Positions 50,150 through 63,559 of a DNA stretch of 64,000 nt are shown here, in pieces. The position numbers were made by a program, and so were the translations under genes. Source of the stretch: Vicugna vicugna. Lineage: Eukaryota. Position 1 is the first letter of the stretch; each line of letters starts with the position of its first letter. The stretch covers positions 186,001-250,000 of the forward strand of contig MU058463.1 of NCBI GenBank assembly GCA_013265495.1. Reading direction: 5' to 3'. The notes beneath the pieces were generated by a model. That model saw only the letters and a list, made by a program, of their open reading frames with translations, was not told where the DNA came from and did not search any database.

Positions 50150-50720
50150 GATCATATGCAGAATATATTTCTAGATATTTGAAAACAACAGTAAACAAAA
50201 CAGAAAGGGAAAACTTGTTGCCTTCGATTTCTCATTCCATGAGGAAGCAAAACAGGTGGGCATAATGAAAAGCAAGTGTTAAACTTACAAAACATAAAAT
50301 TTCTATAGTTTCTAAAAATAATATAAAATTGCAAAGGGGTAAAGAGATTAGAAGTTTCCTGGGAGATGGCTGGAATTTTAAATAGACTGGTCATGGCAGC
50401 ACTTAGGGGGAGGAAAGGAGTTGATAGAATGAGCTCTATTGACATTTGGATGACAGGTGAGGATGGCAGAAGTAACTGCAGTGTAAAGGTGAGCAGTGGT
50501 TTACAGAAAGGGCAAGGGTGTCAAAAAGCAGGAAACATTCTCCGGCTCCCACTTCTGAGGAAAAGCACCCTCTGCTCATAGAGCTCTCCTGGGCACCTAT
50601 ATGTCTTGAACTACCCTTTTCAAAGACTTGGGGCCCTCCAGTTTACCTGATGTGTTGGTGACTGGTAAGAAGACCAGCATGATGGAGAAGTAAGCAGTAA
50701 GAGATAATGCAGAAGCACTC
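50150..50720 (-). mobile_element. L2 fragments, with an unidentified GC-richer block at about 50495-50640
   Basis: ttctagatatttgaaaacaacagtaaacaaaacaga...attttaaatagactggtcatgg...aagaagaccagcatgatggag. Confidence 0.6.
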
Positions 50721-51079
50721 AGAATGCTGGGGCAAGGGAGGAGCTTCTCTGTTTTAGTGAAAAGAATTTGAATATTTTAAAATGAAAGTAATTTGTCCAA
50801 GATTACTCAGCTAGCCTGCAGACTGAATTCTTAACCTTTTCTCATCTTATGCTAGATGCTTCGTTTGTCATTGGAGATATAAATTTAAATAACACAGTCA
50901 TTTTCTTTTGTTATTGTTCTTAAAAATAGTGGTTTGAAATTTAGAAACCACAAGCTTAGGTATGCATTTAATACTGAGGCAGGGCAACTTTTTGAGCTTT
51001 ATGTTTTATATCAAATATAAATGCATACACAGGAAATGAACAAGGATAAATGTCACAGGAATTGAGCCATTTCTCTAAT

Positions 51080-51720
51080 ATGAATACTCAGGCAGATACA
51101 TGTATGTTCCCACTGAAAACAACTAAGACTGCTGGATAAATTTTTACAACCATAAACACACATACAAAACAAATCAACAACAACAACAAAAGATAACATT
51201 TGCATTAAAGGGCTGGTAAACTAAGTAGATTAATCAATATTTCAGAAATAGAAGTAAAGAAGACATGAAAATATAGATTGAATCCTAAAGCTGATTTGCC
51301 AAGCTGACTTGAGCTTTACACAGGAAACAAAGGACACAGCCTTTGGCCACCAAGAGCAGAGAATTAAATATGAAATCTTCCTCAGTAAAACAGGGACCAA
51401 GGGGCTAAATCCTCAGGTTTAGGGTAAACAGGAGGTAAACATTCCCTATTCCTATGGGCCCAGTAACCCGAGAGAAATTTCATAGTTTAACACAAAGCAC
51501 AGGAGGCGCAAAAAACAAAAATAATGTCTGAGGAGTTGTAGTGACTAGTGTAGCCTCAACCAGGTTTGTGGTCCAAATTCACAGTAACTAGGTAAATTCA
51601 AAATAATCTCAGTCAGAAATTAAGTTTAAAAATGTCACAATCTGTTAGAGGCTGGGGTGCCAAACAGAAGAGAAAGAATCATTTCTGGAAGCAGGTATCA
51701 TCAACATATTCCCGAACTAT
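51080..51720 (+). mobile_element. Ancient L1ME-like 5' region fragment
   Basis: ttcccactgaaaacaactaagactgctggataaat...gtttgtggtccaaattcaca. Confidence 0.5.
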
Positions 51721-51724
51721 ATGT

Positions 51725-51803
51725 TTATGTCACTGTGTCATCAGTGTCTCTGAGGGAAAGAGATCGAGGGCTTTCTATTCTGCCAGCTTGCTGACATCAC
51801 TCC
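51725..51803 (-). mobile_element. L1 extreme 5' end fragment (L1MA/MB-like)
   Basis: Reverse complement reads ggagtgatgtcagcaagctggcagaatagaaagccctcgatc. Confidence 0.65.
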
Positions 51804-51844
51804 GAGTTGTTTTTTATTGGTGTGTGGTAACATCCATTAATTAG

Positions 51845-52050
51845 CCTGTAGGATGTTTCATTCTACAATTATTCCCCAAGAATGGTTCACTATGTCTAAA
51901 TTTTGTGTGAAAATAATACAGTTTATGCTGAACACCTTTCCTTAGGAGGGACTAGAATTCCTGGTATACAGTAGGCAGAGAATGACTATATATGATAAGT
52001 CTCCAATAAAAACCCTGAACATTTTTTCTCCAAAAAACTTCCCTGGACAT
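51845..52050 (+). mobile_element. ERVL LTR fragment (MER68/MER21-like)
   Basis: gtttatgctgaacacctttcctt...taggcagag...ccaataaaaaccctg...cttccctgg. Confidence 0.75.
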
Positions 52051-53489
52051 TATTTCCATTTTTCTCACAGGTTGTTTGAATTCTTCTTATTAATTTATAT
52101 GAGTCTTTCATATGATTCATTCTTGGTTCATAAACTCAGGGAAGACATATGACAAGGTGAAGGATTTCGAATTCTAAGAACTTAATTAAACCCATAGAAG
52201 ACAATAGGTCTCCCTTAGTAGTCTCAATTTGGGGGAGGAAATTTTAATAAAAAGCTACTTTTGCTCAGCATTCAGATCTTCATCTAAGAATCAAAATAAT
52301 TTCCCCTGATAAGCAGGGGTTGTGCAGTGAGAATGGGAGGTGGAAAAAGACCTGCATAACCATGTAATCATAATGAGGTTACCGTGAAGAGGTGCCTTTT
52401 GAATAAAAAGGGCTACATTAGATCTGATTTTACTGAACGTAGGCAACTATATCTATATTGTCCTTTCTCCTAAGTACAACTTGTTTTTTCAATTTAAGAC
52501 ATTCTTTATTGCTAAATCATCTTTGTTTGCTACCAAGTATATTAAACTTTGTGGAGGAAAGAAAAGTGCTGATTTATTCTCAGTGTCTGGTCAAAAGCCA
52601 TGATGATAATAAAGATTTAGGGAAACAAGAAGTGGTTTGGGTGGTATAAATAAGAATATGATAGTTTTCTGTCTAGATTCTATGTCAGGCTGTTTAGAAT
52701 CCGCTATACTTTTCTTCCACAACAATTTTCCATGTGTTTCTCCCCACAGATATAAATATAAAATCAAGAATACATATTATTTTGCATCAAGATCCCCCTA
52801 GAAATTTCTCCTTTTGCAAGTCAATTTTATAAATCCATTTTACATTCTTTAGTTCTTTAGTTCCTATAATTACTGAAGTCTGAGGTTATAAAACCAAAAT
52901 AGAAAAAGAATGAGGCACGCTTGCTTAAAAAGAATGCTGACTGCTTCTTTGTATTAAATTGCTCCAATAAAGAATGAATTGGCACTTTATAGTCATTTAA
53001 TTAGGAAAAGAGTATTTTATTTTTATCTCTTATATCACAACTTACAAAATAGCGACTTTAATGGTTCTGCTCACTTAATTATGTCAACAATTAAGAAAAT
53101 GTTAAACACTAAGCTATAACTTGTCTTGTTGAATTTGATTCATTTTACTGGCCTACTTATATTTCAATTGATTACTTTAAGTATTTGGATATAAACAATG
53201 TTAAAATAAAATGATAAGGATGTGGTTATTTTAATTAAGTAGGCTGTGATTTAATTTAAAAATAAGAGTAAAAAGTAAGATGTAATAAGTAACTTTAATA
53301 TACCTATTTAATTCTATTTATATCATATTATCTTTTGATGATTCAAAATTGTTACAGTGAACTTGGTCTTTGTTTTCAGAGGTCATCATTAGAGTTCAGC
53401 ATCTGGCATTTATGAACACAATGACCTGAGGTATTTTTTTTAATCTCTTTAAACCACAATGTCATTATTATCAAAGAGAAGATTCATTT

Positions 53490-53622
53490 TATATAATAGG
53501 AGCTGCTGCTTCAAGTTTTGTTACAGATTAATGAGATTAAAATACATTAATGAGATAAAAACCATAAAATGCTTATCATTGACAAATTACTCACTGAAAG
53601 TTAACCATAATTATATTATTAT
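53490..53622 (+). mobile_element. MIR 3' fragment
   Basis: gattaatgagat...taaaatgcttatca...actcactgaaagttaaccataattatatt. Confidence 0.5.
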
Positions 53623-53689
53623 TTTTTCTTTCTCTCTTTCCATTATTTGTCAGTCCCCTTGTATCTAGACTGATTCTGTGTCAGTCACT

Positions 53690-53905
53690 AAATAATGGGT
53701 TTTCTCAAAGGTTGGCCCACTTTGTCTCTTATTGTATATCTTTTCTCTTGGAAATCTTATCCACATATGCCTACAATTAATCTTTCTTTATTTATGATGG
53801 ACCTGGATATGAATTTCAGTATATATCACTCCTCCAAGCTCTACTCCAATATTTCCAAACAATTAGGTAATATTGTTATATAGATATTTTAAAGCAACTC
53901 AAAGT
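53690..53905 (+). mobile_element. L2 ORF2 fragment
   Basis: tctcttggaaatcttatccacat...tatttatgatggacc...atatttccaaac...aagcaactcaaa. Confidence 0.55.
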
Positions 53906-54097
53906 CGTTTTGAAAACTAAAAATAAATAGAAAAGAATATTTCTCTAGAAAGTTGATTTATACTAGCATTCTTCAGTCAAGGTCTTAATTGGTCATCCTA
54001 TTGTTTTCATTGGGAAAGAATTGGTGGAGTATGAATTTAGAAATACAGACATGAGACTGATCTATTAAAAATATTTAAAAGCCTATAAAAATATTTG

Positions 54098-54254
54098 CCA
54101 ATATTTTTGACTACTAAGAGTTAGGCACTGAGTTAAGCATACTGTAGTCATTATCCCATTCAATATTTTTTAAAAAATTTATGAGATTATTGATAACCTT
54201 ACTCATTACCATTTTAACAATAAAGAAACTAAGATGTTAAGAAAATTGGTCAAA
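54098..54254 (-). mobile_element. MIR (split by an L1 insertion; probably continues after 54900)
   Basis: taggcactgagttaagca...ccattttaacaataaagaaactaag. Confidence 0.7.
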
Positions 54255-54885
54255 CCATTATACATATAAAAAATCCTAAAGACTCCATTAAAAAAACTGT
54301 TAGAACTAATTAAAAAATCCAGCAAAGTTGCAGGATATAAAATCAATATACATAAAGCAGGTGTATTTCTATACACAGACAACAAACTGTCTGAAAAAAT
54401 AATTAGGAAAACAATCTCATTTACAATATCATCAAAAAGAATAAAACACTTAGGAATAAACTTAACTGAAGTGGTGAAAGACTTGTAAATTAAAAACTAC
54501 AAAACACTGATGAAAGAAATTAAATAAGAAAAACAGATCTTACCATGTATGGCAATAAGGATGAATCTAGAGAACATTATGCTAAGTGAAATAAGGCAGT
54601 CACTGAAAGACAAATACTATGTGATTTCATTTACATGCAGTTTCTAAAATGGTCAAATTCATAGAATCAAAGAGTGGGATAGTGGTTATAAGGGCTGGTG
54701 GGAAGGGAGAAATGGGGAGTTACTAATCAACAGACATGGAGTTTCAGTTAAGCAAGATGAATACATTCCAGAGAGCTGCTGTACAACGGTCTACCTATAG
54801 TCAACAATAATTTTTGTACCATTAACATTTGTTAAGAAGGTAAAGCTAATGTTAACTTTTCTTATGACAATAGAATAAAAACTTT
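54255..54885 (+). mobile_element. L1 (L1MB-like): ORF2 RT fragment fused to the ORF2 end and 3' UTR (internal deletion)
   Basis: 54255-54530 encodes degenerate NPKDS..KLLELI..SKVAGYKIN. From about 54530 comes gaacattatgctaagtgaaataag and the 3' UTR to AATAAA. Degenerate TSD-like flanks at 54239-54254 / 54885-54900. Confidence 0.9.
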
Positions 54886-55779
54886 AAAAAATAAGTCAAA
54901 TCCTTTTGTTAATAAATGATGCAGCATGACTCCTGACTCATGTATTCATATTCAATCCTTCTGTTTTTGAAGGATAATACATACAGTAGGGGAATTGTTG
55001 CATGCAAGTAAGATTGAATTGACTTTATTCATAAATGACATTGATCAAATAAGTAGGAGTTCTAAATAGAGAATATATAGGAAATAATTGCCATAATTTA
55101 GCTGAGAAAAAAAAAAGACCATCTGTTTAGTACTGCAGCAAAAGTTAACAAAAAATGTATTTTTTTCACTTCATACACACACATCCCAAATAAAATACAA
55201 CATACATATTTATCTGAGCTAGAAACAAATTAGAAACATTTCAGAAATTAAAGCCAGGTGGCAAGACAAGCTACAGCTAGATAACCCATTGGTGTCTAGG
55301 AACTGAATGAAGGATTTAGAGTCTGGAGTTATTATTCAGACAGGAATGGATGATAACTCTTTATTCTATTCAATTGCTGGGAGGTGGAACAAAGCATGAA
55401 AGTGTAAGTATTTATCTATAAATGAGTACAAGATTTAAAAAAATTATGCACTCTAACCACATTCATACACACATACCTTCTTGACAGAATACTGTATCTC
55501 TGGTTAAACTTCTGTGCTTCTAACTGAAGCCAAAGGGAAACAGTCGTTAAGAATTTTTCACAACCAAGTGTCTGAAGGACTTCCTTGTAAAAGCTTTAGC
55601 TAAAAAATTACAAACCTGCATGAGGAAATGAACTTCCATGGGAGAGGTAACGTACATTCCAAAACTACAAGTCAACCTTAAACAAATGATCATTGCTAGT
55701 GCGGTTGGAATTGAGTATCTGTAACCAACAAGTAATCAAAAAGTAGAGCCTGATGGAATGTTGATAAGGTGAAGGAACA

Positions 55780-55925
55780 GTCAGTAATTAATTTCCATGT
55801 TCTGACCTGATTAACTAGGTAAATGATGGTACCATCCTCCAAGCTAAAGAATGCAAAAGATGTTAGGCAAAAACCATATGATCAGTTTGGCACATTGGAT
55901 TTGGAAATGCCAGCGGTACACTGAT
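55780..55925 (-). mobile_element. L2 fragment (host of the MLT1A insertion)
   Basis: ttctgacctgattaactaggtaaatgatggtacca...atcagtttggcacattggatttggaaatgcc. Confidence 0.6.
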
Positions 55926-56347
55926 TGTCTTAGTCAGCTTGGGCTGCCATAAGAAAATACCATTGACTAAGTGACCTAAAAAATAAAAACTTTTTTCTCA
56001 CAGGTGTGGAGGTTGGGAAATCTAAGACTAAACTGCCAGCTAGTTTGATTTCTTATGAGGGCTCTCTCCTAGGCTTGCAGATGGCTGCCTTCTTGCTGTG
56101 TCCTCATATGATCTTTCCTTGGTGCCTGCAAGTAGGGAAGGAGGTTGGAGGAGGAAGTGAGAGAGAGAGAGAGACAAGGAGCTCTCTGGTGTCTCTTCTT
56201 ACATGGGCACTAATCCTTTCATGACAGTATCACTGTATAATGAATTTATCTAACCCTTATTACCCTCAAAGACCCTCATCTTCAAATACCATCTCACTGA
56301 TTCAAAATGTGACTCTGGGGGGATCCACAAATATTCAGTTCACAGCA
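55926..56347 (-). mobile_element. MaLR solo LTR (MLT1A/A0-like)
   Basis: tgtcttagtcagcttgggctgccataagaaaatacca...gagggctctctcctaggcttgcagatggctgccttcttgctgtgtcctca...aaatattcagttcacagca. Confidence 0.93.
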
Positions 56348-56479
56348 TCAATATACATTTTTCTAGCAGAAAAATATCTTCACTGTGTTTTTGGCATTTA
56401 TCAAGAATTGCTGGCTCCATGAATTAATAAAAAGCTAATTTGGAGTCAATATAGAAACCTCAATAATTTATCTTGTATT

Positions 56480-57760
56480 AATTCATTCATTTATCAAGGA
56501 TTCGATTGCCTATTCTGTGATGGTCACTGTCCTAATTTCTTGGAACACATCAGTGAACAAAATAGATAAAGATTCCTGGCCTGAGGTGGCTTCCACTGTA
56601 AGGAAATAAATAAATATAGTAGATAAATTAAATGGTATGTTAAGGGGTTATAGAATATGGAAATTTTCTATGTGGGTGTGCAGTGATAATGGAACAAATC
56701 CCTATCAAGTGTAATTCTACTCTCAAGTAGATGACAAGATAGATAAATATATAGTAGTGTATTATGATACTGGTTGAAGTAGATATGAGGAATTGAGATT
56801 TACACAACTGAACAAATAATAAATAGTGGCTTGGGCAGATGTCACATCATAGAGAAAATGAAAGAAATTAGAAATGGGTTTGACTTTTGTTAAACAAGCA
56901 TAAGAGGAAGGCATTTTTGGAAAGAGAATAGTGTGAAAAAAAAATCACTAAGTAACCCAGGAGCCTAGCGTCCTTATGGAACTTCAAATAGCTCAACACT
57001 TAGAAATTCAAAGACAGGTGCAGTTAAGCAGGGGTCTTAAAGGCTATATTATAAAATTTCAAATTTTCCTAAAAATGTGAGAAATTATTAAACAATTTTA
57101 AAATACAGAGTGGCATTATCTCTTAGTTCATGACCACTTTGTCTTTTGGAGGGGAATGATTAGGAAAAATAATATAAACCAGATAGCTATTCATAACATT
57201 ATTTATTATATGCATTTACTAGGAAATGAGAAAGACCTAAACTAAGGCAATAAAAATGGTGATATAAAAGCGCAGAAAGATTTAAATACTTCTTTAGGTA
57301 GATTTTAATATATAAAAGGATGGAACAATCTAAGTTTAAAATGAGTCCCCAGTATCAACATTTAAGCAAAATGAGGGAAGAATGAACAACACATTTTATT
57401 TCCTGGTAAATAATGATTTTAATCAGTTTGTGCCTACTGAGTCTGAGATAGTAGGTGATATAGTCAGGTAGAACACTGGAGTGAAACTTTTTGCTAGAGA
57501 CATGCACTTGTGAGATATCTGCTTAAAAATGATTATTAGACACTTTGAAAATATAGGAGAAAAACCATAACTATGTATCAGGAAACCAGAGGGACCCACC
57601 CACCCTCCCCCACCAAAGGAAAAAAGAAGAAAAAGAAAAGTATCTTAACTCATTCCATGGGAAGTAGAGTTGCTCATGTAGGTGTCTGAGGAATAAGTGT
57701 TATAAAGGCAATGGAATTGTGAGTATGGAGTATTATAAATATCAAAAGAAGAAAATGTGA
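56480..57760 (-). mobile_element. L2 fragments
   Basis: attcattcatttatcaa...cagtgaacaaaatagataaagattcctg; further degenerate antisense L2 motifs (gaggaagggcatt-like, agacctaaactaaggcaat, ttgtgcctactgagtctgag). Confidence 0.6.
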
Positions 57761-58749
57761 AAATGTTTTAAACATAATAGAATTATTGTCTTGGGTAAAT
57801 CCTGTGAAACAATAAGTATATACTGACTGTGAATCCATATGGTTATCTAACTAGAAAAGTATTTAGCAATAATGACAATGATAGAAACTTGGTCATATCA
57901 AACTTTCTTCTTTCAACATATTTCCATGTTAGATCTAATTATTGGTCTTAAATCCATTCAGATTATATCATTCACTGTCTGTAAAATGTTCAATGATTTC
58001 CAATTTCATGCAGAATGAAGTACAGAATCCTTCATAAAACGTTAAGTTTGTCCCATGACTTAACTGATTTTCTCAAACTCACTTTGTTTTACATGTTACA
58101 CTTCCACCATCCCAATTCATTTTATTTTAATTAACCTTCAAACAGACTGATCCCTCATCTGTAAATGCTTCCCCACAGCCTTAGGGCTACCTAGTAATCC
58201 AGTTCAAATGCCACATCCTCTGATGTTGCATTAAAAAAAACCAAATTGAATGTTTAATAGTTCAAATATATTTGTATTGTTTTCATTTTCTTCTACCATA
58301 CACTAATTAGCTTTGTGTTTTTCTTTCCTTCAGTAGTAAAAATGCATTGATAAGAAAACTTAGATGAAACATTTATTGTTTTTTTTTAAAAACTGTCTTT
58401 CAGGAATACATTTACATATCAGTAAATATAGAGATATGCAATATCAGTTTAAAGTCTGTAAAAGTACACTATTGAAGATCCATATTATAATTTATTAAGC
58501 CAGTTTACTATTACAGAAAATTTTAATTATTTTAAGTATTTATTGTATAAAATAGCTATTATATTCATATTTTCACATATGTTTATATATTACCATCTGT
58601 AAAACATTAATAGAGGACACAGAGAAAGATGGTATGTGTTGGTGATTTTGCTTATTTTTGGTAATGATGGGCAACCAAGTGGAGATATCTAGTGTCCAGT
58701 AGGGTAATGAAGTCTGGAGCCCATAAAACGAATCTTTGAAGTTTATTTT

Positions 58750-58870
58750 ACAGGCCCATTTTATGAATGAAAATGCAGAGGGCTAAAGAATTAAGGCAAT
58801 TGTCCAAGTTAACAAATGGTGAATTCCAGAAACAATATTGGTTGCAATTTCGAGAGCCATGGATTCTTGT
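58750..58870 (-). mobile_element. MIR fragment
   Basis: cccattttatgaatgaaaat...attaaggcaattgtccaagttaacaa. Confidence 0.55.
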
Positions 58871-60572
58871 TTCAGTCCATACGCATTTATTCTTCTTTTC
58901 TTCTGTTTTGTTAAGTATTGTATTCTCTCTTCTTGATGTGGACTTACGTTCAAGTCACCTATGTGTTTTGTTATTTTAACAATCAAATGAAGAAATAAGA
59001 CCATTTAAGTTAGGAAAGGGCTATCTGGCATGCCTGAAAACTAAATACTTAATTGAATTTTCCAGATAGAATTAAATAATGTCATAATAGTTTCCATATT
59101 CAGCTTCTCTATCTATATATTTTTCAGTCAAGATCCATATCATTTGACTTTGAGTCCAAAAAGTGGGGAAAAGAATACATACTTCCTGTAATAGTAAATA
59201 TCTCAAATAGAATAAATTAATTGTAAATTAATTACAAAATAATGTATAATTATCCCTTAACAATATCACATGATAATCTGTGGGTTAAAATGAGGCCTTT
59301 AAAAATGAAGGAAACGTATGAAAGGCATATTTAAATACTTAACATGTCAAATTTAGCATAGGACTTTACTTAAAATATTTCATTTGAAGCATATTGCTTC
59401 TATTTCTTCTTTCCATATGCACTTTGGATATATACAGTACCATGTGAACACTGATTTAATTAAGCAGATTATTTTGAGCAGCTGAGTCATAAACTGAGAT
59501 ATTTGGGAAGGAAAACAAGCAATAGACAGTTTGGTATGTCAGGCTATTTAAATCAACTTGAAATGCTTTCCCTTTGGAAGTTCTCCCAATTTCTTGTTCA
59601 AAGCTAAGCTATAAGGTAAATTGATATAATTAATGTTCAGGAAGATGCCTACCAACTAAAGAGAACACATCCCTTACCAAGAACTTACTGCCAAACAAGC
59701 TAAACATAAGATATTTAAGAAAGTACAAAATTTGAGGAACTATTGTCCTTAGACCACGCAAAATCAAAGGAAAATTATGGCTATGATAATGTTTATGTGT
59801 TATTCTGAAAAATTACATTTAAGTGGATAATTGAAGACTCTACAATTTCTTTTAGCTAAACCAATGCTAATTCCTATTTCAGAGGCAGAAGAACAGATGA
59901 AAGAAGAAAGAAGTCGAACTATAATTTGACTCTATTGTTAAGTGATTCTTGTTCTACCTATACCAAGTGTCAATGAAAAAAAGAATAGCAAAAATAAGAT
60001 GTTATATGAGAATTAATTTTTTTTAAAATAATGTATTAAAATATATTTTGTCACTTATTTGCAGTAGTTCAACTGATGCATTTTTATTTTTATATGCTTT
60101 ATAGAGATTCACTCAAGCTGTTTCATGTTGGAGATTTGCTTTCAGTTTAAACTGCTTATCGAGTTGTTTCATTTCTTACAGAAACACAATCCAGGTAAAT
60201 ATTTTTCCATAGAATACACCTTGCAAGAGACCCCATTTACCAAAATACTTGTTAGGTTTGCCTGTTTACTATTATTGACACACATAGTCATTTTTCTAAA
60301 TATTAGATGAAAATTACTAAATGTTCATAATTATGAAATATTTTATAAAATGTTATTTTCCATTTTGTCTTGTTAACTATTGTAGTTCATAAGTTGGTGT
60401 GTAGTGTCAACATAAAGTATTTGTTAAAAGTATAAGGCATATCACCTCCATTTGCTGCACATACCTTACATTCTATTAAATAAGACAAAACAAAATTAGA
60501 CAGTCTTCAACTACTGTTCTCCAAGGCAGTTTTTGCTATGCTTTAATTCACATTAAGCCTGTATAACTGAAG

Positions 60573-60597
60573 ACACACATACACACACAAACACACA
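60573..60597. repeat. (CA)n-like microsatellite
   Basis: Seen directly. Confidence 0.8.
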
Positions 60598-61859
60598 GTT
60601 AATCTTGTTCAAAAAGAAAGTAATAAATTTCATACTCTTTTTAATAGAGTACAAAATCAGCTAAATATGAAGATATATTGCATGATGTATTTAAAGATAT
60701 GAAATTTTAGGTACATAAAAATGAAAGAGAAAAATAAAATAGTTCACATAAGTGATAAAAGTAACACTTTTTTTTTTAACCACTGAACTATATCCCCACA
60801 CCCGTACAAGCAACACATCTTGATGAGATCACTGTAATTACAGGATCAAATAAAATAGTACCTAAAACTAAAATAACATTATTTTTCTATTTTCAGAGAG
60901 AATATTTTTAAAAGATGGAAAAAAAATACTCTGTCCATAAGAAGCAAAATAAAAATTAAATATAGCAGGTATCTAGAAGTGAGGAGTCTTTTACAAGAAA
61001 ACAACTAATATCAGCATGCATCTGAACAGACAAATTTTAGATGGACTAAAAACAAGGTAGGTAGAAACAATATCCTCTTAAAGGAGCAAACACAGTATAC
61101 AGGCTGTAAGTAAAATTTCCAGTTCCTTTAATCATGGCATAACCCTGAAATGACTACCTGTATGATTTTAATATGACATTAAGAAGAAGTATTAATCTAA
61201 ATTTTTGAAAAGCAAAGTTAAAAACAAGATCAAGCCTATGAAGGCATCAAATGAAGATTATAAAGAAGAATATATGCAATTGTTTTGAAATATCAAGCAA
61301 CTGTTACCATGACTTACTGAAATTCAGAGAAAATTTTACAGAAGTAATTTTGCAAAGTAAATCTGTGAATAATTAAAATATTTTGACAGGAACACCTTGA
61401 ATTATCACCTTCCTGCATAGTTTCATAAATCAGTGTCTTAAAGAGCACTATGTTTATTTCATATGAGAATGATCATTTAGTGACAAATAAATTAAAATAT
61501 GCATATATTTATAATTAAAAATCAGAATAAAGTTAGTATGTGAAAAGATAATTAACAAATCACTTGTCAAAATCTGGTTTTGGAAATAACTTAGTGATAT
61601 TATACCACTGGAATAGAAATCATTTAAACTACTCCAAAGAAACATCAAAAAAGATTTGTACATTATAACAAGGAAGCATTATTTCACACAAAAAAGCATA
61701 ATATGGTTACCATATGATGTATGGATATTTCTAGGCCCTTTCTCCTTCATTAAATGCATCTTTTGGACAAAATACTGAAAAAATAGGAAATGCACTCCCC
61801 AGAGACCTTATATCCAAGCTCAAAGAGGTATAAACTTGCATAGTCTATAGGTAAAAGTG

Positions 61860-62025
61860 AAGTATCTGAATTCAGGAAGATATTAATCCTACTTTACCAC
61901 TTATTAGCTTTGACAAATGATATTTAGAGCCTTACATAGGCTCTTGTAAATAATAAAAGAGATAAGGAGTTGTAAAAGGACTTAGACACTTCTTGTTATA
62001 TATATTTATTAATAAATGTTAGCCC
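61860..62025 (+). mobile_element. MIR (internally deleted)
   Basis: aatcctactttaccacttattagctttgac...tgtaaaaggacttagacac...aataaatgttagc. Confidence 0.6.
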
Positions 62026-62039
62026 TTATTCAAAAATTC

Positions 62040-62380
62040 CATTAGGTTTAGAGAGGCCTAGAGCCTATGCATATTTGTGGAACATTTATAAGAAATTAAT
62101 ATGAAATTTGGCACAAAATAGATATTTATTTAGAAAGAGAATGAATCACAAGAAATTGTATACATTAAAAGTAAACAATACTGTCAACATCACATAATCA
62201 GAGAAACAGCATAACACTTCTGGCATAAATTTCCTGGTGTACTATATAATGTATCTTCTCCTAAATTTGTTTCTTTATATTTTTTGATTGATTTTTCATA
62301 TAATGATGGTTACATACTATCATTATCTATGCAGATAATAGAAATATAGTTTAGTCATTTTCATGCGTAATTAATTTTTA
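62040..62380. mobile_element. hAT-Tip100 DNA transposon fragment (Zaphod/MER115-like)
   Basis: aggtttagagaggcctagagcctat...atatttatttagaaagagaatgaatcacaagaaatt...aacatcacataatcagagaaacagcataa...tatcattatctatgcagataatagaaa. Confidence 0.7.
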
Positions 62381-62419
62381 AATTGAATCTTTGATTTTTT
62401 GCTATTAATAATTTTAGAT

Positions 62420-62670
62420 TCAATAATTATCATCTGATTATCATTTTTCATCTTGTATCTATTCACTATTTCTGCACTTTATCCTTGATTAGATCAGCTA
62501 CTATTTGATCTATTTTATTTCTTTCATTCAAAGAAAAAAGGTTTGATTTAAATATTATTTCTGCTTCTATCTTGCTTCCCATCTCATTGATTTTTCTTTT
62601 TCTTTAAATTATATTTCCATCTATCTACTTTCTTTTTGATTTCTTTTGTTGGTTTTATTCTATTTTGTAT
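62420..62670 (-). mobile_element. Ancient L1 ORF2 antisense fragment
   Basis: tctattttattctttcattcaaagaaaaaaggtttgattt...atctcattgatttt...tctactttcttttt. Confidence 0.55.
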
Positions 62671-63559
62671 ATGTCTGTGTGTTGAGAATTAACTAAAAGA
62701 ATCCTAAGAAACTGTGTAGCAGTATGTTCCTCCCATTCTAGACTTTATTCTTTTTTTGTAGTACGATACTGTTTTTGGATTCTTCTGTTTGTAGGTGGTT
62801 GATTTTTAAAAAGTCAATTTCAAAAAGGAAATTCATGTATTCAATCACTGGTTAACCTTAATCACTCATATTTTATAGTAATGTACATTTATAAAAATTC
62901 TTTGTTATTAACCATGCTACTATCTTTAATTAATATTTTTTGGAACAAAAATATGCCAGAAAGATGGTTAAATGAACAAACATATTAAAATTTGTGCATT
63001 CTTGACATTTTACTAAAAAGCTAATAAAGTGACATATAAAGGCCATAAAAGCACAAATTCAGGGACAAAAGAGAAAAGAGTAGCAGGAAAAGTTTGGATC
63101 GAAAAAAGCAATTGGATGGATGTTAATGACTTGGCAGATTTAGAAAATTTAATCTTGATCTAGCAATGGATTAAAGTAAAAATTAATTTAAATTATACAG
63201 CAAAAATCTCTCAGAGGTTCAAGAATTTGTGACACCAAGGAACTTTGGATACAGAAGTTAATTTACAGTAGCTGAAAAGCTCAAATAAAGAAGACTGGAG
63301 GAAATTCTGTTTTAAAAATAATTATCAGGGATATCAAACTAGTACTTAAACATAAAGATGAAAACCCTAATGACAAAAGAATGAAATGGCCATAAAGTAA
63401 AAACAATGAAACATTTTTAACAACCCCTCTGTGGCATTTTGGCTGCAGCTTCTGGCATATTTCATTTTTTCTATATTTCTTAAATATCCAAACTTATCTT
63501 TCCAGTACCTCAATTGTCAGACTACTTCAGCCTTTTTTCTGGTCTCATTAAAATATTGA

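Noticed and set aside
54255..54530. Intact reverse transcriptase CDS
   Set aside because: Short L1 ORF2 remnant with a frameshift and stops.
58944..59048. Possible minus-strand exon (ttttcAG...AAC|gtaagt)
   Set aside because: Only generic splice-like motifs; no coding signal or partner exons.
1137..61663. All listed six-frame ORFs (60-115 aa) as protein-coding genes
   Set aside because: They are short, many start at alternative codons, show the compositional bias of AT-rich DNA, overlap repeats or microsatellites, and contain no recognisable domain.
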